Positions 9,778-22,644 of a DNA stretch of 56,736 bases are shown piece after piece. Every line of letters starts with the position of its first letter. Positions within the stretch are counted from its first letter, which is position 1. The notes below the pieces were generated by a model. The model saw only the letters and a program-made list of their open reading frames with translations. It had not been told where the DNA came from and searched no databases. The stretch comes from Paraspadella gotoi (taxonomy: Eukaryota; Animalia; Chaetognatha), in NCBI GenBank assembly GCA_051294375.1, contig CM119266.1:25924907-25981642 (forward strand). The letters are read 5' to 3'. A program made the position numbers and the translations under genes.

Positions 9778-12229
9778 CGTTTAGATTTTCCTTGTCTTTT
9801 TTTATTATATAGAGAGACAAGTTCGAACCAAGGTCGAAGGATGAAAATGAAACTCACCTCTGGTTTGCTTAGTTCACAACACTTCCCAAAAAAAGTTAGG
9901 TGGAAAAGATCGTTAAATAGAAGAATAGTGATTAATCATGTTAAAAGATACATGTATACAATTGAGGCGAATTAACTCAGGTCGTAACAATGAAAAATTG
10001 AAAACTTGAACATAATGATTTTTTTTAACTCTTCTTTTGTGCGATTTTGTGTGGTTTGTACGATTTATTTTCAAGATTTTCCATGTTACTAAAAATATGT
10101 TTTCCGACCTAACATTTTTAAATCAGCTATCGGGGTAAGTTCTAAGAATGATGTTACAGAGGTCGTTTTTTACTTATTCGGGATTTTAAACTGAGCCAAC
10201 AGAATAATCAATTGGGATGGATAAAAAGTTAAAAAACGTGTTTTTAGGTGAACTAACACACTTGAGAGAATTAAATCTTATTAAATAGATGACAAAAAAT
10301 CTCTAATCGAAATGTTATATTATTTTTCCACTTAAATTTCTCCAGGCTCTAGTTTTCACATGGCTTCTTCCTATTTCCATCTCATTTAACAACCCCTGCT
10401 TTGAGAATATTTGTTTTGTGATCAGCAAACATGGAAGACGAAGAACCAATACGAAAGCATCGCGTGAAGTGATGAGTGGGATACTCGAGGAAAAGAAGTT
10501 TCATAACTTTTACTAGCTTCATAAATTCAAAGCGACATATGTGGTCAAGGCTTGGGTTAAGGCTTGGGTCTTCTTGATAGTCATTAACGAAGTCAAACTA
10601 ATAAAATAATAATTAATGAGCCAGCCTCTCTCTAAATCTGTTCCGCTGATTATCAGCATACTTAAAAATTACTGTTGAAATATTTGTAATTTTATATAAT
10701 TTTAACCTTAACTATTAAGTTAATAGTTAATAATTAAATAAACAGGTAATGACTATCGCTTAGGAGTCGGGTAGCAGAATCCGGGTCTCTTTATCTTTAA
10801 AGACTCGGTCGCCAAGGCGACATCGATTTTAGTCCAATCGATGGCTTAGCAACAAACCAACCTTTTCGACAACAAAACTCTTTCTCTCTTCTTCCTACTC
10901 AGCATGGTCGTCGTCGTCGTCTTAATCATCCTCTCTGGCCTCGTGGAATCTATTTAGAGTAGGCGTAACAGTCCCGTGGCCCTTTTCCCCTGTCGCAACA
11001 TCGACCCCACCCCTCTTTTCCCGACGAGGATGAGTCACATGACTGCGTCTTCTCGAAATTTGTCTAGTAATTTTATGATAACGTCATTATTACGTTTTTT
11101 TGTAAATACGGTTTTTTCCATCTTACAATATATTATATTAATATTTCCGAATGTTATTATCGTCGCAATCGCTAAGCGTTTGTTTGAAACTAATTTAAAC
11201 TGGACTGCTACGAAAATGTTTCGGATTAGTGTAAAAGTGGAAGTTGGTCTTTCCCGCGGTTCTTTGTCCGCACGCTTCAATGACACCGTGCGTGTCGTGC
11301 AAAGACCAGACGAAAAAAGAACCCGGCGTTTCCTGGGTCCGACAAATGCTGGTGTCATGACGATGCCTCGTGGCGACACTTCCATACAAAAGCATAAAGA
11401 GAAACGTTCACGTTCAGTGCATCCCGTAATGCGTATTGATAATCCATAGATGTGAGAGAAGATACGCTAGTGTTACAAATCCCTGAACGAAGCTTATGCT
11501 ATGGTTTTTTCCTTCTTTAGAATTCAGTAGTTACATGGTATTACTAAAATCTGTTTTGGACATGATGCACCGTATGGTTCCACAAATGGATGATCCAAAA
11601 CAGTGAAGAAAGCGGCGAGGCAACGGTCGCTAGCGCCGTCGACGCTACAGAGTATAAAGACATGAGAATGGATGATTTTTGTTATAATTATCGATGTCAT
11701 ATTTACAACGAGGCGAAAAAAAAACAAATCACGACGATTTCAGATTTCTCGGATCAACCTCAAGGAGACGTAAGGATTCCCGAATGTACGAATTTTATAA
11801 TCGTTGAAACAAAACCATACGAAAAAAACAACGTACTAGAAAAAAAATATTATTCGAAAAACCTTCTCACTTGGGGAAAAAATCCGAGAGAGGATAGGCG
11901 GGACGGTTTAATGTATTGTTTTTACAAAAAAAAAAAAAAGATGAGTCGCGACATGTTACACGGTAACATGTGAATCGAAAGGTAGGATGAATGGAAGGGG
12001 AATGAATCAAAGGGGCGGTCAATTATTTATTAAATATGTAGTTTTTATACTAAGTTAAACCCTTTCAAAGCAGTTTAATTTCAGCTTCGTTTCATTACAA
12101 AAAAATATGATTTCAAAAAACGACGACCCTTTTTTCAAGACGCTTACATTTCTTGACCCAAGAATATGATTATGATGGTGAAGATGACGATAACAACTTA
12201 ACCCTGTCTGCTCAACCACCCACCCCCTA

Positions 12230-13643
12230 TTATTTGGCGGTTTTTTGCACGGGTAAGTAGAGCTTGAACTCCGCCGGAAGTTCATCTTCGGAGTAGAGGC
12301 GATCGGAGAAGTAGACCCGACGGATTCGACAATTCGCGTGTATCTGATGGAGGAAAGTGGCAAAGAGAGGGTGGGGTATTACCGAATCATGGGTATGAGT
12401 GAGGTTGCACAATTTATGTTCATGTAATTAACTCAAAAAAAAAGGGCTTAAATTTACTAATGACTTTCAGGATTAAAATTAAAATTAAAAACTAAAGAAT
12501 GTAACTGTGGAAAATCAGTTAAAAAATAGTATGAAAACGATCGTTAACTTGGTTCAGAAATATTAACTAAGTTTATACCAAAACCACGGCTTAAACTAAA
12601 GTTCGTCAGAAACACACGAGAAAGACATCGTTCTTTAGGTCATTACATGACCGATATCTAAATTATAGACACCTAGTTGACAGTTCAAAATTAACCTGGA
12701 CTCGGAGAGTTTCTATGTAGTTCGTCCCGTACGCTCGTCTGGTGAAATCTGAGAGGTTGAATTGAATCTGATTCCATCCGTCATCCAGCCGCATGGGCAT
12801 GGTGCAGATGAAGGGTTTGACTCGAGTTGTGCTCTGATAGTTGGAGGCCCGAAACCGCCTCCGCACGTTCTTGTCGTCGAGGACCTAGGAAGGTATATAA
12901 AGTATAATGCCATATTGTGTAGGGTTAAGTATTAATTAATTAATAATTAGATATATATAGGCTAGAGTAGAGAGACGTATTATTTCAAGCGAGGCGATTT
13001 TGGAAAAAAAATTCATTAATCGACTATTGGCAATAATTGAGAATTAACAGTTGCCAAGCAAGGTTTGATTAATTATTAATATGGTTAGAGGGATTCAAAC
13101 TTTCGTATTCAAAAATATTATGGTTTTATATAAAAAGGTTTTGGGAGCCTAACCAGAAAAAGGACGTTGTGACGTTTCCCTACTAAATTTACCTGGACTT
13201 CGAAAGTAAAATATTTTTTAAGGTTTTTGATGATCATAACGAGAAAAGGCAGTTTGATTCCGAGTGTCTTCTTCGGGTCCGCGGGACACGTGATATACGT
13301 CGTGCTGGGTAAAAAAAAATTATAGTTTAAAGTCAGTTCTAACTAAAATTCGGGAAATTATGAAGTTTAATGAATAAATACCTGACGTTTGTTCCAACAA
13401 TCTCAAGGACGAGTGACTGGATATCGTTGTCTGTGATTCGTTTGATGTGACCATTGCGAACCTGCGAGATAACGTGATCGAGGGAAGGCATAGTTTTCGC
13501 ACGTTAAGGGTTATAACAATTCTAAAGATTTTTAGGCCCGTTGCGCGAATGCGACTTACTTTTTTGTCCCATATTTGCAACGGTTTACTTCCAATACTGT
13601 AGAGTATAGACAAGAAGCCACTTTGGAATGTATTTTTGAACAT
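12230..13643 (-). CDS. CFAP20: Cilia- and flagella-associated protein 20 (BUG22/GTL3), 192 aa
   Basis: Exons 13643-13560, 13461-13382, 13304-13193, 12884-12696 and 12343-12230 give [192 protein letters not shown]. This is nearly identical to the ultraconserved CFAP20. Confidence 0.99.
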
Positions 13644-13713
13644 TTTCGTAAGAGTTTATAGATTGCCGTTAGAGTTGGTTGACCAAATCCGAGGTCGATG
13701 GAACACGGGTCGC

Positions 13714-14230
13714 GTTCCTTGCCAACCGCGCCGAGAGGTAAGTCTTCTTTACATTTGTTACTAGGAATGAATGATTTTTTGGTGTGTTCTGGATTTTCTG
13801 GCCGGACGTCGCTAAGGGACTTTCCACTCGGTGATATCCCTCCGCACGCAAAGAATCTAGCGACGAAGTTTTTCCTAGCGTTTCCACTTTGATCGATTCG
13901 TTAAAGTTTAACAATAAAATCACTAATAATACATTATGCTTTAAAGATTTTAATTATCGGCGGCGCAAATGGGAAAATAAAGAGGAACTACTTTTTGAGC
14001 GGAGGGATTTCATGGCAGCGCGGCTTCTCCATAGAACGAAAGGCAGTTTCCTTTATCTGCCTCAGAGCAGCGATGGTTACCAAGGGAGACGAGGAGAAGC
14101 CTTGCCAATTAAAATTTTGAGAAATTATCACAAATTTCGAGTGTTTCGCACTTCGAATGGCGAAAGAGGGTTGTCGTTCTGACGACGACATCTCGATTCC
14201 CTCGCCGGAAAGCCTGGTTGTCATGACAAG
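13714..14230. promoter_or_regulatory. Candidate RFX X-box motifs in the CFAP20 / receptor divergent promoter
   Basis: GTTCCTTGCCAAC (13714-13726, ~70 bp upstream of the CFAP20 ATG), GTTACCAAGGGAGAC (14076-14090) and GTTGTCATGACAAG (14217-14230) resemble the X-box GTNRCC-N0-3-RGYAAC typical of ciliary genes. All three are imperfect matches. Confidence 0.4.
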
Positions 14231-14421
14231 TCAAGATTGGCGCCACCGGAAGTAGGCGTCGTTATGACGTCATCATGGTTCCATCCACGGATCTTGTGGA
14301 TGAGAATGGAAACCTATCTCGGATAGGTCGGCGAGTGAAAAATGAAAAAACCTGAGATGTGACGTTGAAAGCTTTCAATTTTTTTATGGTTTTTCTCATC
14401 GAATTAAACAATGTGACCACG

Positions 14422-16136
14422 ATGACGACAACCACGGTACCAAACCTTTGCCTACTCTTGATCGGATGGGGCGTATTCTTTATAACCGTTCAATGTGTAA
14501 CTCCGGGCCTGTTGTCGCCGGTCCCTGACCCATGTCCCCGCTTCGACGTGTACCTAGATGGGCGGAAAAAAGAATTCTTCCTCTGGAAATGCGGCGAGCC
14601 TCTTCAGGTCCTGCTCATGCTAAAAAATGCCGACGCTCAGCGCGCCCGCGACCTCTGGAGCGTCCTTCACTGCCTGACCGGATCGGGGTCCGAAATAGAG
14701 TTTCAAGCAATCAACCGGACCACCCGCTTTCTTAAGCTTGAAGAACCGTGTCCGGGCAATGTGAAAAAATCCTTCACATGCATGTTCAGTGAGCATAGTC
14801 GAGGCGGAGAGGTGGGCGGGTTCGGTTCTCGCTCCTGCTCCTCGCTAACTTTGACCCAACACTTCGAGATTTACTTCGTGTACTTGCCGGAGCCACGACT
14901 GGCCTTCGTGGATTACGAAGACCTCGTCGCCTCGACCCTTGTCGCTCCTTTTCATCTAAAAAACTCTTTTGTCTCCTACCTCGAATGGCGCTCGGAAGAG
15001 GCCAAAGACGAGAGCCTGTGTCCCTTCCGGTCGGGACACTGGCGCGTTCCTTCTCCGACACCGGCTCGTTCCGTTCTCGGCGCCAAGTCGGACGACCCCG
15101 GGTGCTTCCTGCGCGTCGAAGACCCGTTCCGCGTTCTCGAGTATCGCGTCAGGCTGATCTCGAGACAGCCGCCGGGGATGACTGGATTACAGGAGGTGAG
15201 TTCCGCCTGGCAGAGGGCGTCGCTCGTTGATCTGCTCGTACCCAACAACGCGTCCTACGTCAACGTGTCGGCGGCGACGTCTCGGAGCGTTTCCCTCGAG
15301 TGGCCCGTCGACGAGATGCTGACGGCGTGGCGGGTCCCGATTCACTACGAGGTCAGCGTCGCGTCTCTCTGTATCGCAATGAAGGAGGCTACGTCGAAAA
15401 ACCGATTCAGGATCGATGATTCACTCTTTCCCGGACAGGTAGCTAAATATCGAACTGCAATACGACTTACCATTGCCTAACTAAGGTCTTATCGCTGTCT
15501 TCCCTCATGTAAATTTAAACACTTTGAATCAGTGGTACGATATCACCGTGACGACGATCGTCAACAAGACATTGGTCCGCGGCAAGCCCGCATCTCTCAG
15601 ACTTCAGACACCCTCGGAAGTTCCCGAGGCTCCGACGATCCTTTCCGAGGAATCTTCCTTTAGCATTGACATCAGCCCAGACAGAACCAAAGCGGATATC
15701 ATCTTCTATTGGCTTCCTCCACCAAAGTACTGATTATTAAAAAAAGAAACTTATTATAAAGCATGCAACACTCACAATTCAATTTTGTAGGAAAAATGCA
15801 AAATACAATTTAAAATATTATTTTGATTGATTGATTGACTGAAGAATGCATAGAATGATTGGTTGATCAATAATTATTCATTAATCATGCATGAACATAA
15901 ACATCAGATGCGAACAAAACGGCGACATCAGCTACGAGTTGCTGTACACCATTGACGATCAGTCGTTGCCGCAACCCTTCGTCCACAACAGCCGCTGCCC
16001 CTCCGACTCGAAGGATCGCTGCACTGAGCACTATGTGCTTACCATCATGGGAGATAAAATGATGCCCAGGATTGAGGACAATCAGAGAGTCACGCTAAGC
16101 ATCAGGAGTCGAACAGAGGTGATTGAGAAAAAAGGA

Positions 16137-16179
<43 letters not shown>

Positions 16180-18297
16180 GAATGAATTAATGAATGAATG
16201 AATGAATGAATGAATGAATGAATGAATGAATGATGAATGAATGATGAATGAATGAATGAATGAATGAATGAATGAATGAATTGAGAAAGTCTTTCCCTTA
16301 ATTGTTGTTTCTTTTGCCCAGGCTGGCACCTCTTTCTCCTCGTCGGAAATTTCGGCGACGGTTTCCTTCGACGCTTTCGTCCTCGATCGAGATCTCGGCA
16401 ACTTCAAAGTCTCCCGATCTCCCTCTTCCGCATCTTCCTCTTCTTCCTCCTCCTCCTCCTCCTCCCCCGCCTCCCCGGCCATAGTCAACGTGACCTGGGA
16501 AGAGGCGCTCCTCCACCCCCGGTCCCACCCGCGGCGTCGTTTCGCCGACGACGATTGCGTGGCCGTCGTCGTCGTTTGCGCCGACGACGCCGGCGACGTT
16601 GACGATTTTTGCACGGGCGAGTCGCGGGTGGAGACGGCGCCGGCGCGGGCGGGACACTTGGTGATGCCGCTACCCCGATTCCAGCGACGCCGCCCCCGCA
16701 ATGGTTACGACGATGACGACGACGACGACGACGGGTTCGACGACTACAAGTGGGGACTCGCCATCAAGTGCCCCAACGCTTCACACACGGGCATCCACTG
16801 GAGGATGGACGACTGCGTTTATCGGATGGGCGTGCCGATCAACCCGAAGACCGTTTACAAAGTGGAAGGTAAGGTTGTTAGTTATTTGTTATTGTTGTAG
16901 ACATATGTTTATTGCTTTGATTCTTTTTATGTTTTTAAATGTTGTTTAAATTTTTGTTTCTATGTCGGAATCTTTTTTTATTTTTGTAAATTATACAAAT
17001 CTAACCGTAGCTAGCTCCCTGATCACCCTGACCCCCCCCCCCCGCTGATCAGGCCACCCCGTCAACTCCACCACCATCCAACTGGAGTGGTCGGCACTGC
17101 GGTGCTCGGATCGCGGCGCCGGCGTCGACCGCTTCTTCGTCGTTCTTAAGTCGCTGGGAGAAACGAGTGACGAGAGACAGAACACCGTCAGAAACAGCAG
17201 ACCTTATGGGAAGAAGCACATTCACAGGTGAGAGAGAGAGAGAGAGAGAGAGACTGAATGAGTGAGTGAATGACTGAGTGAGTGACTGAGTGACTCAGTG
17301 AGTGAGAAAGACAGTCACATAGACAGATACACTGAGTTAAATATTTGAATTTTTTTGAAATATTTCAAAGAACTCAAAATTCGTTTTCACTTATTGATTC
17401 TTGAAATTGTTTGTTTAATTACATAAAATATCGTCTTTCTGTCCTTTTTTTCTTTAAATTTTTATTTTCCTCTCCCTCTAGCGTTCACAATCTGACCCCT
17501 TCGACGACCTACTTGTTCGCGGTTCGACCCTACAGCGTCTCTACTGGCGAGGGCACCCTTAGCGCCGCAGTTGAGATCCCCACCGACGGCGACGAAAAGC
17601 AGATTCTCAAATATGTCGTCATCGTCGTCGCCTTTCTGCTCATCGTCCTTTGCTGCGGATTCCTGCTACGTAAGCGGCAGCACAGCAACCGGAAGCTCCA
17701 GGTTAGAGGCTGATTCGAAGAGAAAAAGTTTTCTTGAAAATAGCTTGCAGGTTCATTGCTTTGTTTTTATCTTGTAAGAGGGCCTGTCGAAATCCAAGGG
17801 CAAGATACGTGGATTACTTATTAAATGAATGGATAATTTCTATGTTTTATAGTAAATTTTGACTGACAACCTACAATCATACCCGCCTAATTAAACTTTT
17901 TAACTTTTTCTAACTTTTTAACTAACATACCGCCTTATTCCAGGAGAGCTTTAAAAAGGACGTCCGGCCGACGACGACGTGGTACGGCTACGAAGAGCCT
18001 CTCGGCGTCGGCTGCGATTCCGCGGACGAGTTGGACGAGGCCGAGACGAAACTCGCCACCTCTGCCGACGAATACGCCGCCGACTCGTCGGCCGTCGACG
18101 TCGCCGCCGGCGAGGAGAAAAAATCCGCGGTGGCGGAGAACACCAAGTACGCCCCGTGTCCCGTCAACGGCGGCGACGAGGACCCCGGAGAGATCGGCGT
18201 GGCGAAGGTCGGGCAGGCCGAAGGCGGATCCAAGGAGAGCGGGATGAGTGCAGGCGGAGAAGATGGCGCCGTCGTCACCGCCTATCGTGGTTTGTAG
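14422..18297 (+). CDS. Single-pass fibronectin type III receptor, Domeless/gp130-like class I cytokine receptor (~905 aa)
   Basis: Exons 14422-15438, 15533-15726, 15908-16118, 16322-16868, 17053-17227, 17482-17701 and 17944-18297 are GT-AG and phase-consistent. Features: signal peptide (NLCLLLIGWGVFFITVQC), Cys-rich N-terminus, FN3 signatures (SVSLEWP, LFPGQWYDITVTT, WLPPPKCEQNG, HNLTPSTTYLFAVRPYS), a Dome-like GIHW..CVY motif, TM YVVIVVAFLLIVLCCGFLL followed by RKR, and a kinase-less acidic tail with Tyr motifs ending in YRGL. Confidence 0.8.
16137..16280. repeat. Compound (GAAA)n-(GAAT)n microsatellite in a receptor intron
   Basis: Directly visible tetranucleotide arrays. Confidence 0.95.
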
Positions 18298-19870
18298 GAT
18301 ATTAAAGTTGTTGTATCAATGTAAAACAATGTATTTGTGCTTTACGAAAACAAATATTGCGGCGACTTATTTGCAACGGAAAAAAAAAAAACTTGCTTTA
18401 AAAAAATATTTCGTTTCATCGAAACTAGAATAATGCATTTCGTGATAAAAAAAAACATTCCCTGAAAAACATTTATTCTTCCCATATTTTTCATTATTAC
18501 GGATCTCAAGTTAATGAATTTTAATGAGCGCTTACGAATGACCCAAAAAATATTGTTTAGGAAACGTTAAAAATATTAAAGTGATTGATCTCACCTTCTG
18601 ATCAAAAAGAATCTTTCGATTAAATTCTCAAAAGATAAGTCGAATCATTTCTTTCACAATTTCATTGTTTTCTCGTTTTATTGTTATTTTTTTAATTTTC
18701 GTTTAATTGATTATTGATCTTATCTTCGTTTTGTTTTGAGTATTTATGTCCGGAACCTTGCCAAAAGCAATTTTTATGAGAAACATTAATGACCGATTAC
18801 GTTAGTGAAAAAAAGAAAAAAAGATGCTGAATACAAGAATAGGGAATACACATCAAGACTTAATACGAAAAATGAGAAATAAAAATTTACTTAGGAAAAA
18901 AATTTTATTTTCAAAGTTGACCGTTTTCCCAGTAAAGATATATTTGGTTGAAAAAACATTATGACTTGAGAAATTTTCGTTTCAAGTTGGTTATTTATTT
19001 CCTTTTCTATTTCCTTTTGCAACGAACCAAAAACACAACGTTTTTACGGAAAGTGATTATATTGAAAGCTCCCCTTTCAAATCATAGCAAAAACTGAATG
19101 AATTATTCACTATATTTTTAATTATACGCAATTTCATGTAAATAACGCTATTATTAGTTGGTTACTCGTTTCCGTTTCGTGATGAAAAATTTATTTACCG
19201 AGATGTATTAAAACAATAAAAATAATTTACGGTGCAAATATAAAGTTCTCTCTTTTACGTTGATATTATTACCTTTTATATGGAGCTTTTCTTTACAATG
19301 CTCACTCTTCTCTCGCTTTAGTTGTTCATTGCGACAAGGTTTGCCCCTTATTGTTGTTTTTTTTTATTATGCCTGCAGTAGAGAAGTCTTATTCACTAAT
19401 TAAATTAGAAGAGTTTTTTAAATGCATAACTAATATTATTAGAAACGACTATCAATAAAGGCTTTCGAAGAACTAACCTTAAACGAAAAAAACAACCAAA
19501 ATTTAGCTTTTGAAAGCGCCGGCGCGCTCTCAAATTTTAGCTATTATCAATGATTGTAATGACAACCATACATCAGCTCTGTGAGGCAGCCTCGGTTTAC
19601 TTTGTTTCCCTCTAAGCTACTCACCGTTTTCGTCATGGTACGTTTAGAACCATCACACCATAGAAATGACACAATGTTGTTGCTGAATTCAAAACTAACA
19701 AGAAATATCTTTGACTTGATGCATGGTAAGTTTAGAAATATCAAACTAAAAAGAAAAATGTACTAGGCAATATAATTAAAACATGATAAAAACCTCCCTT
19801 TTGTGCAAATCTCAAATAGCCTAGTGAATACGATTAACTCCATGAACAACACACCAATAAAATCTTTCGA

Positions 19871-19895
19871 NNNNNNNNNNNNNNNNNNNNNNNNN
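19871..19895. other. Assembly gap (25 N); other gaps at 40035-40044, 40580-40604 and 43656-43680
   Basis: Runs of N in the sequence. Confidence 1.
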
Positions 19896-20298
19896 AACAT
19901 GGTGGAAAATAAAACTTAATAATTTTTTTTTGCGGCACCATTTTTCACCTTGAAGTACCATATTTTTTTTTGCACCTTCACTCCTAAACGATCTTGACCT
20001 ACAAATGATGGAAGCTAATGAAAGGGATTTAATGTAGATTCTGATTTCTTTTAAAAATCAACAAGTTTTCGAAGTTGACATATCCCTCCCTCTACTAAAT
20101 ACTCGCTGATATACATTTCTTTCCTAGCTTCGTAGACAATAACGGCCTGATTAGTTGTCCAAAGATACATGACTGAACGCAAAATAACACATACCCAGGA
20201 GCTACATAGCACACGATGACGAGACGGATCGACGAAGTCACGATCGCGACCACGAAAGTGAGATACGAACCAAAAATCGTGGGCGCCTCTGGGAAGAA

Positions 20299-20365
<67 letters not shown>

Positions 20366-21397
20366 CGGAGAAGAGAGTAGCATGGAATGGCCTCTCTGAC
20401 TGCCCGGTTTCCGCATGGCAGACGATTACGCTTGGTTGAAGAAAAAAAAGTTGAAAATCAAAGGAAAGAAAATGCGGGAAAAAAATAGAGCCAGGGACAG
20501 AAGATTGAACGAAGAGGAAAGGAATATGGATGGAAAAGAAAAAAGGAAAGAAGAATTAAAATGAAGAGAGAAGTAAGGAAAAGAAGAAAAGAAGAAAGAA
20601 AGAAGAAGAAAAACAGAAAAGAATAAAGGAAATACAAATAAAAAAGAAAAAGAAAAGACAAGGAACGGTTTTCCAAGGTGTTGCGCCGCCGAATTATTTT
20701 CTTTTTAAATTATCCATGTCATTTATTCCTTATCAGTTTATAAGATTTCTTTGGTAAAATAACTTTCTTTTTCGTTGTTAGTTTAAATAGTAGCAAAACA
20801 AAAGTTTATAAATGATTTTTTACAAACGAATATAACTGAATAAAACAGATTTGCTTCGCGCGCAAAAATTAATTAAAACTTTGTTTTTTCTACTAGTTTT
20901 TTTCTTAAAAAGGCGAGCCAGTAGTCGCTTAGATTCATTTTTACAATGAGCAACAAACTTGGCGTTATATAGCGGTTTTAACATAGTGGCGGCATGACAC
21001 TGACGATAGACACGTATGGATCGATGACCAGTTTTACTGACCGGAAGCTGACTATAGGTTGGCTCTTGCGTCGAGTTACTCGCGGTTGCCATCTAAATAA
21101 CCATCTCATCTTCTTCTCAAGCAGGAAATATTGTTGTAATGGGTGAAAGGTCTGTTAGTGCAGATGTATTGAGAGAGAGAGAGAGGAGCGACGCGGAGAG
21201 AGAGACGGGGATTGGGGGGCGCATGCAAATAGGAAAAAGGAAGAGAGTGAAAGAGTGGAGAAAGAAGATGATAAATTATTCTGATTCTTCAAAATTATTG
21301 AAATAACTATATCGAACGAATCAAAGACCGAGAAAAAACTTTTTCAAGAAACAAAAGTTAATTCCTTGTGAATATCGGCTCTCATCTCTGTCTCTCC

Positions 21398-21432
<35 letters not shown>

Positions 21433-22284
21433 CTCATAATCTCTCGGTCTCGTTCTCTCACTCTCTGTCGCATCATCCTTCTCTTTCTCTTTACTCTTTT
21501 TCTTTCTAAAGCGGCAAAAACGGATGTGCGCATCACAACTTGAGTGAAATTAATAAAGAAAAAGAAAAAGTTTTCCTTCTTTTTTAAAAAGATTTTCTAA
21601 AATGGAGAGCACTTAAATTACTGGAAAAGAGGTGCTGAAGGAGAAAAGAGGAGAGAGAGAGAGATTGCGGAGTGAAGAGAGAGAGAGAGAGAGAGAGAGA
21701 AGAGAAAGAGAGAAAGATTGAGGAGAGAGATTGAGAGAAGAAAGAGAGATTACGAAAGAATGTAGAGTTGATTATGTCTTATCATCAATATCTACAATAC
21801 CAACGCGCGTAGCTTATTTACCCAAAATAGTTTTGTTTAATAAAAATCGTCGGCTGACTATTTTAAATTCGCATAGGTTGAAAAATATAAATAGTAGGTT
21901 ATTATTGTACGTTTTTTTTCAAATAAAATTTGTTGTTATGTGTTTAGGTTATAATGAGTTTGTTTATCTTCATTTAATCTTTATAAATTTGTACTTCTCA
22001 CTGCTTTTATAGTTTTTTTATGTGTTTTGCTACTGATTTACTCTCAAACCTCGCTCGTTTGTGCACATCCTCTACCTCTCAATCATTCCTCTCTCTCTTC
22101 TCTCTCTCTTCTCCTCGGTCTCTCTCTCCTTTTTTTCTTCTCTTCTAATCAAACTCTCTTTCTGTCTTCCTCTCCTCTCTGTCTTTCCCGAGCGCAACAT
22201 CCAAACACGACCTCGTCGTCAGTAATTTTTCACCGTCGCGCCGATTGTTTACCAACCAATTGAAAAAATCGTTGAGAGGAGAGA

Positions 22285-22330
<46 letters not shown>

Positions 22331-22611
22331 ACGAGAGAGTGAGATGAAGAGAGAGAGAAGAAAGGAGAGAGAGAGAAAAAAAAGAAAGCAAAATAAAAAA
22401 AAGGTCAAAAACACAAAATTATGAGAAAAAGAAAAAAAGGAAAAAAAAAATTAATTTCAAGAATTTTTTTTTCTTAAATTTGCGAAGACCAAAGAATTCC
22501 TGGCGTTTTTTGTGGGAGTTTATCTCTCTCCTTCTCTCTCCTCTCTCTTCTCTCCTCTCTCTCTCTCTCCATCCGCTCTCTTCTCTCTTCTCTCTCGTCT
22601 CCTCTCTCTCG

Positions 22612-22644
<33 letters not shown>

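Noticed and set aside
14265-14272. CRE palindromes TGACGTCA (also near 28806, 33041 and 43686)
   Set aside because: These are short motifs in a GAC/GTC-rich genome with no independent support for function.
5803-18297. Ligand-receptor pair formed by the Cys-rich secreted protein and the Dome-like receptor
   Set aside because: Class I cytokine receptors bind helical cytokines rather than cystine-knot ligands, and proximity in a compact genome is not evidence of interaction.
20820-21092. Possible transposon-derived or zinc-finger ORF (MATASNSTQEP...)
   Set aside because: The ORF is short, has no complete recognisable motif, and lies in repeat-rich noisy sequence.
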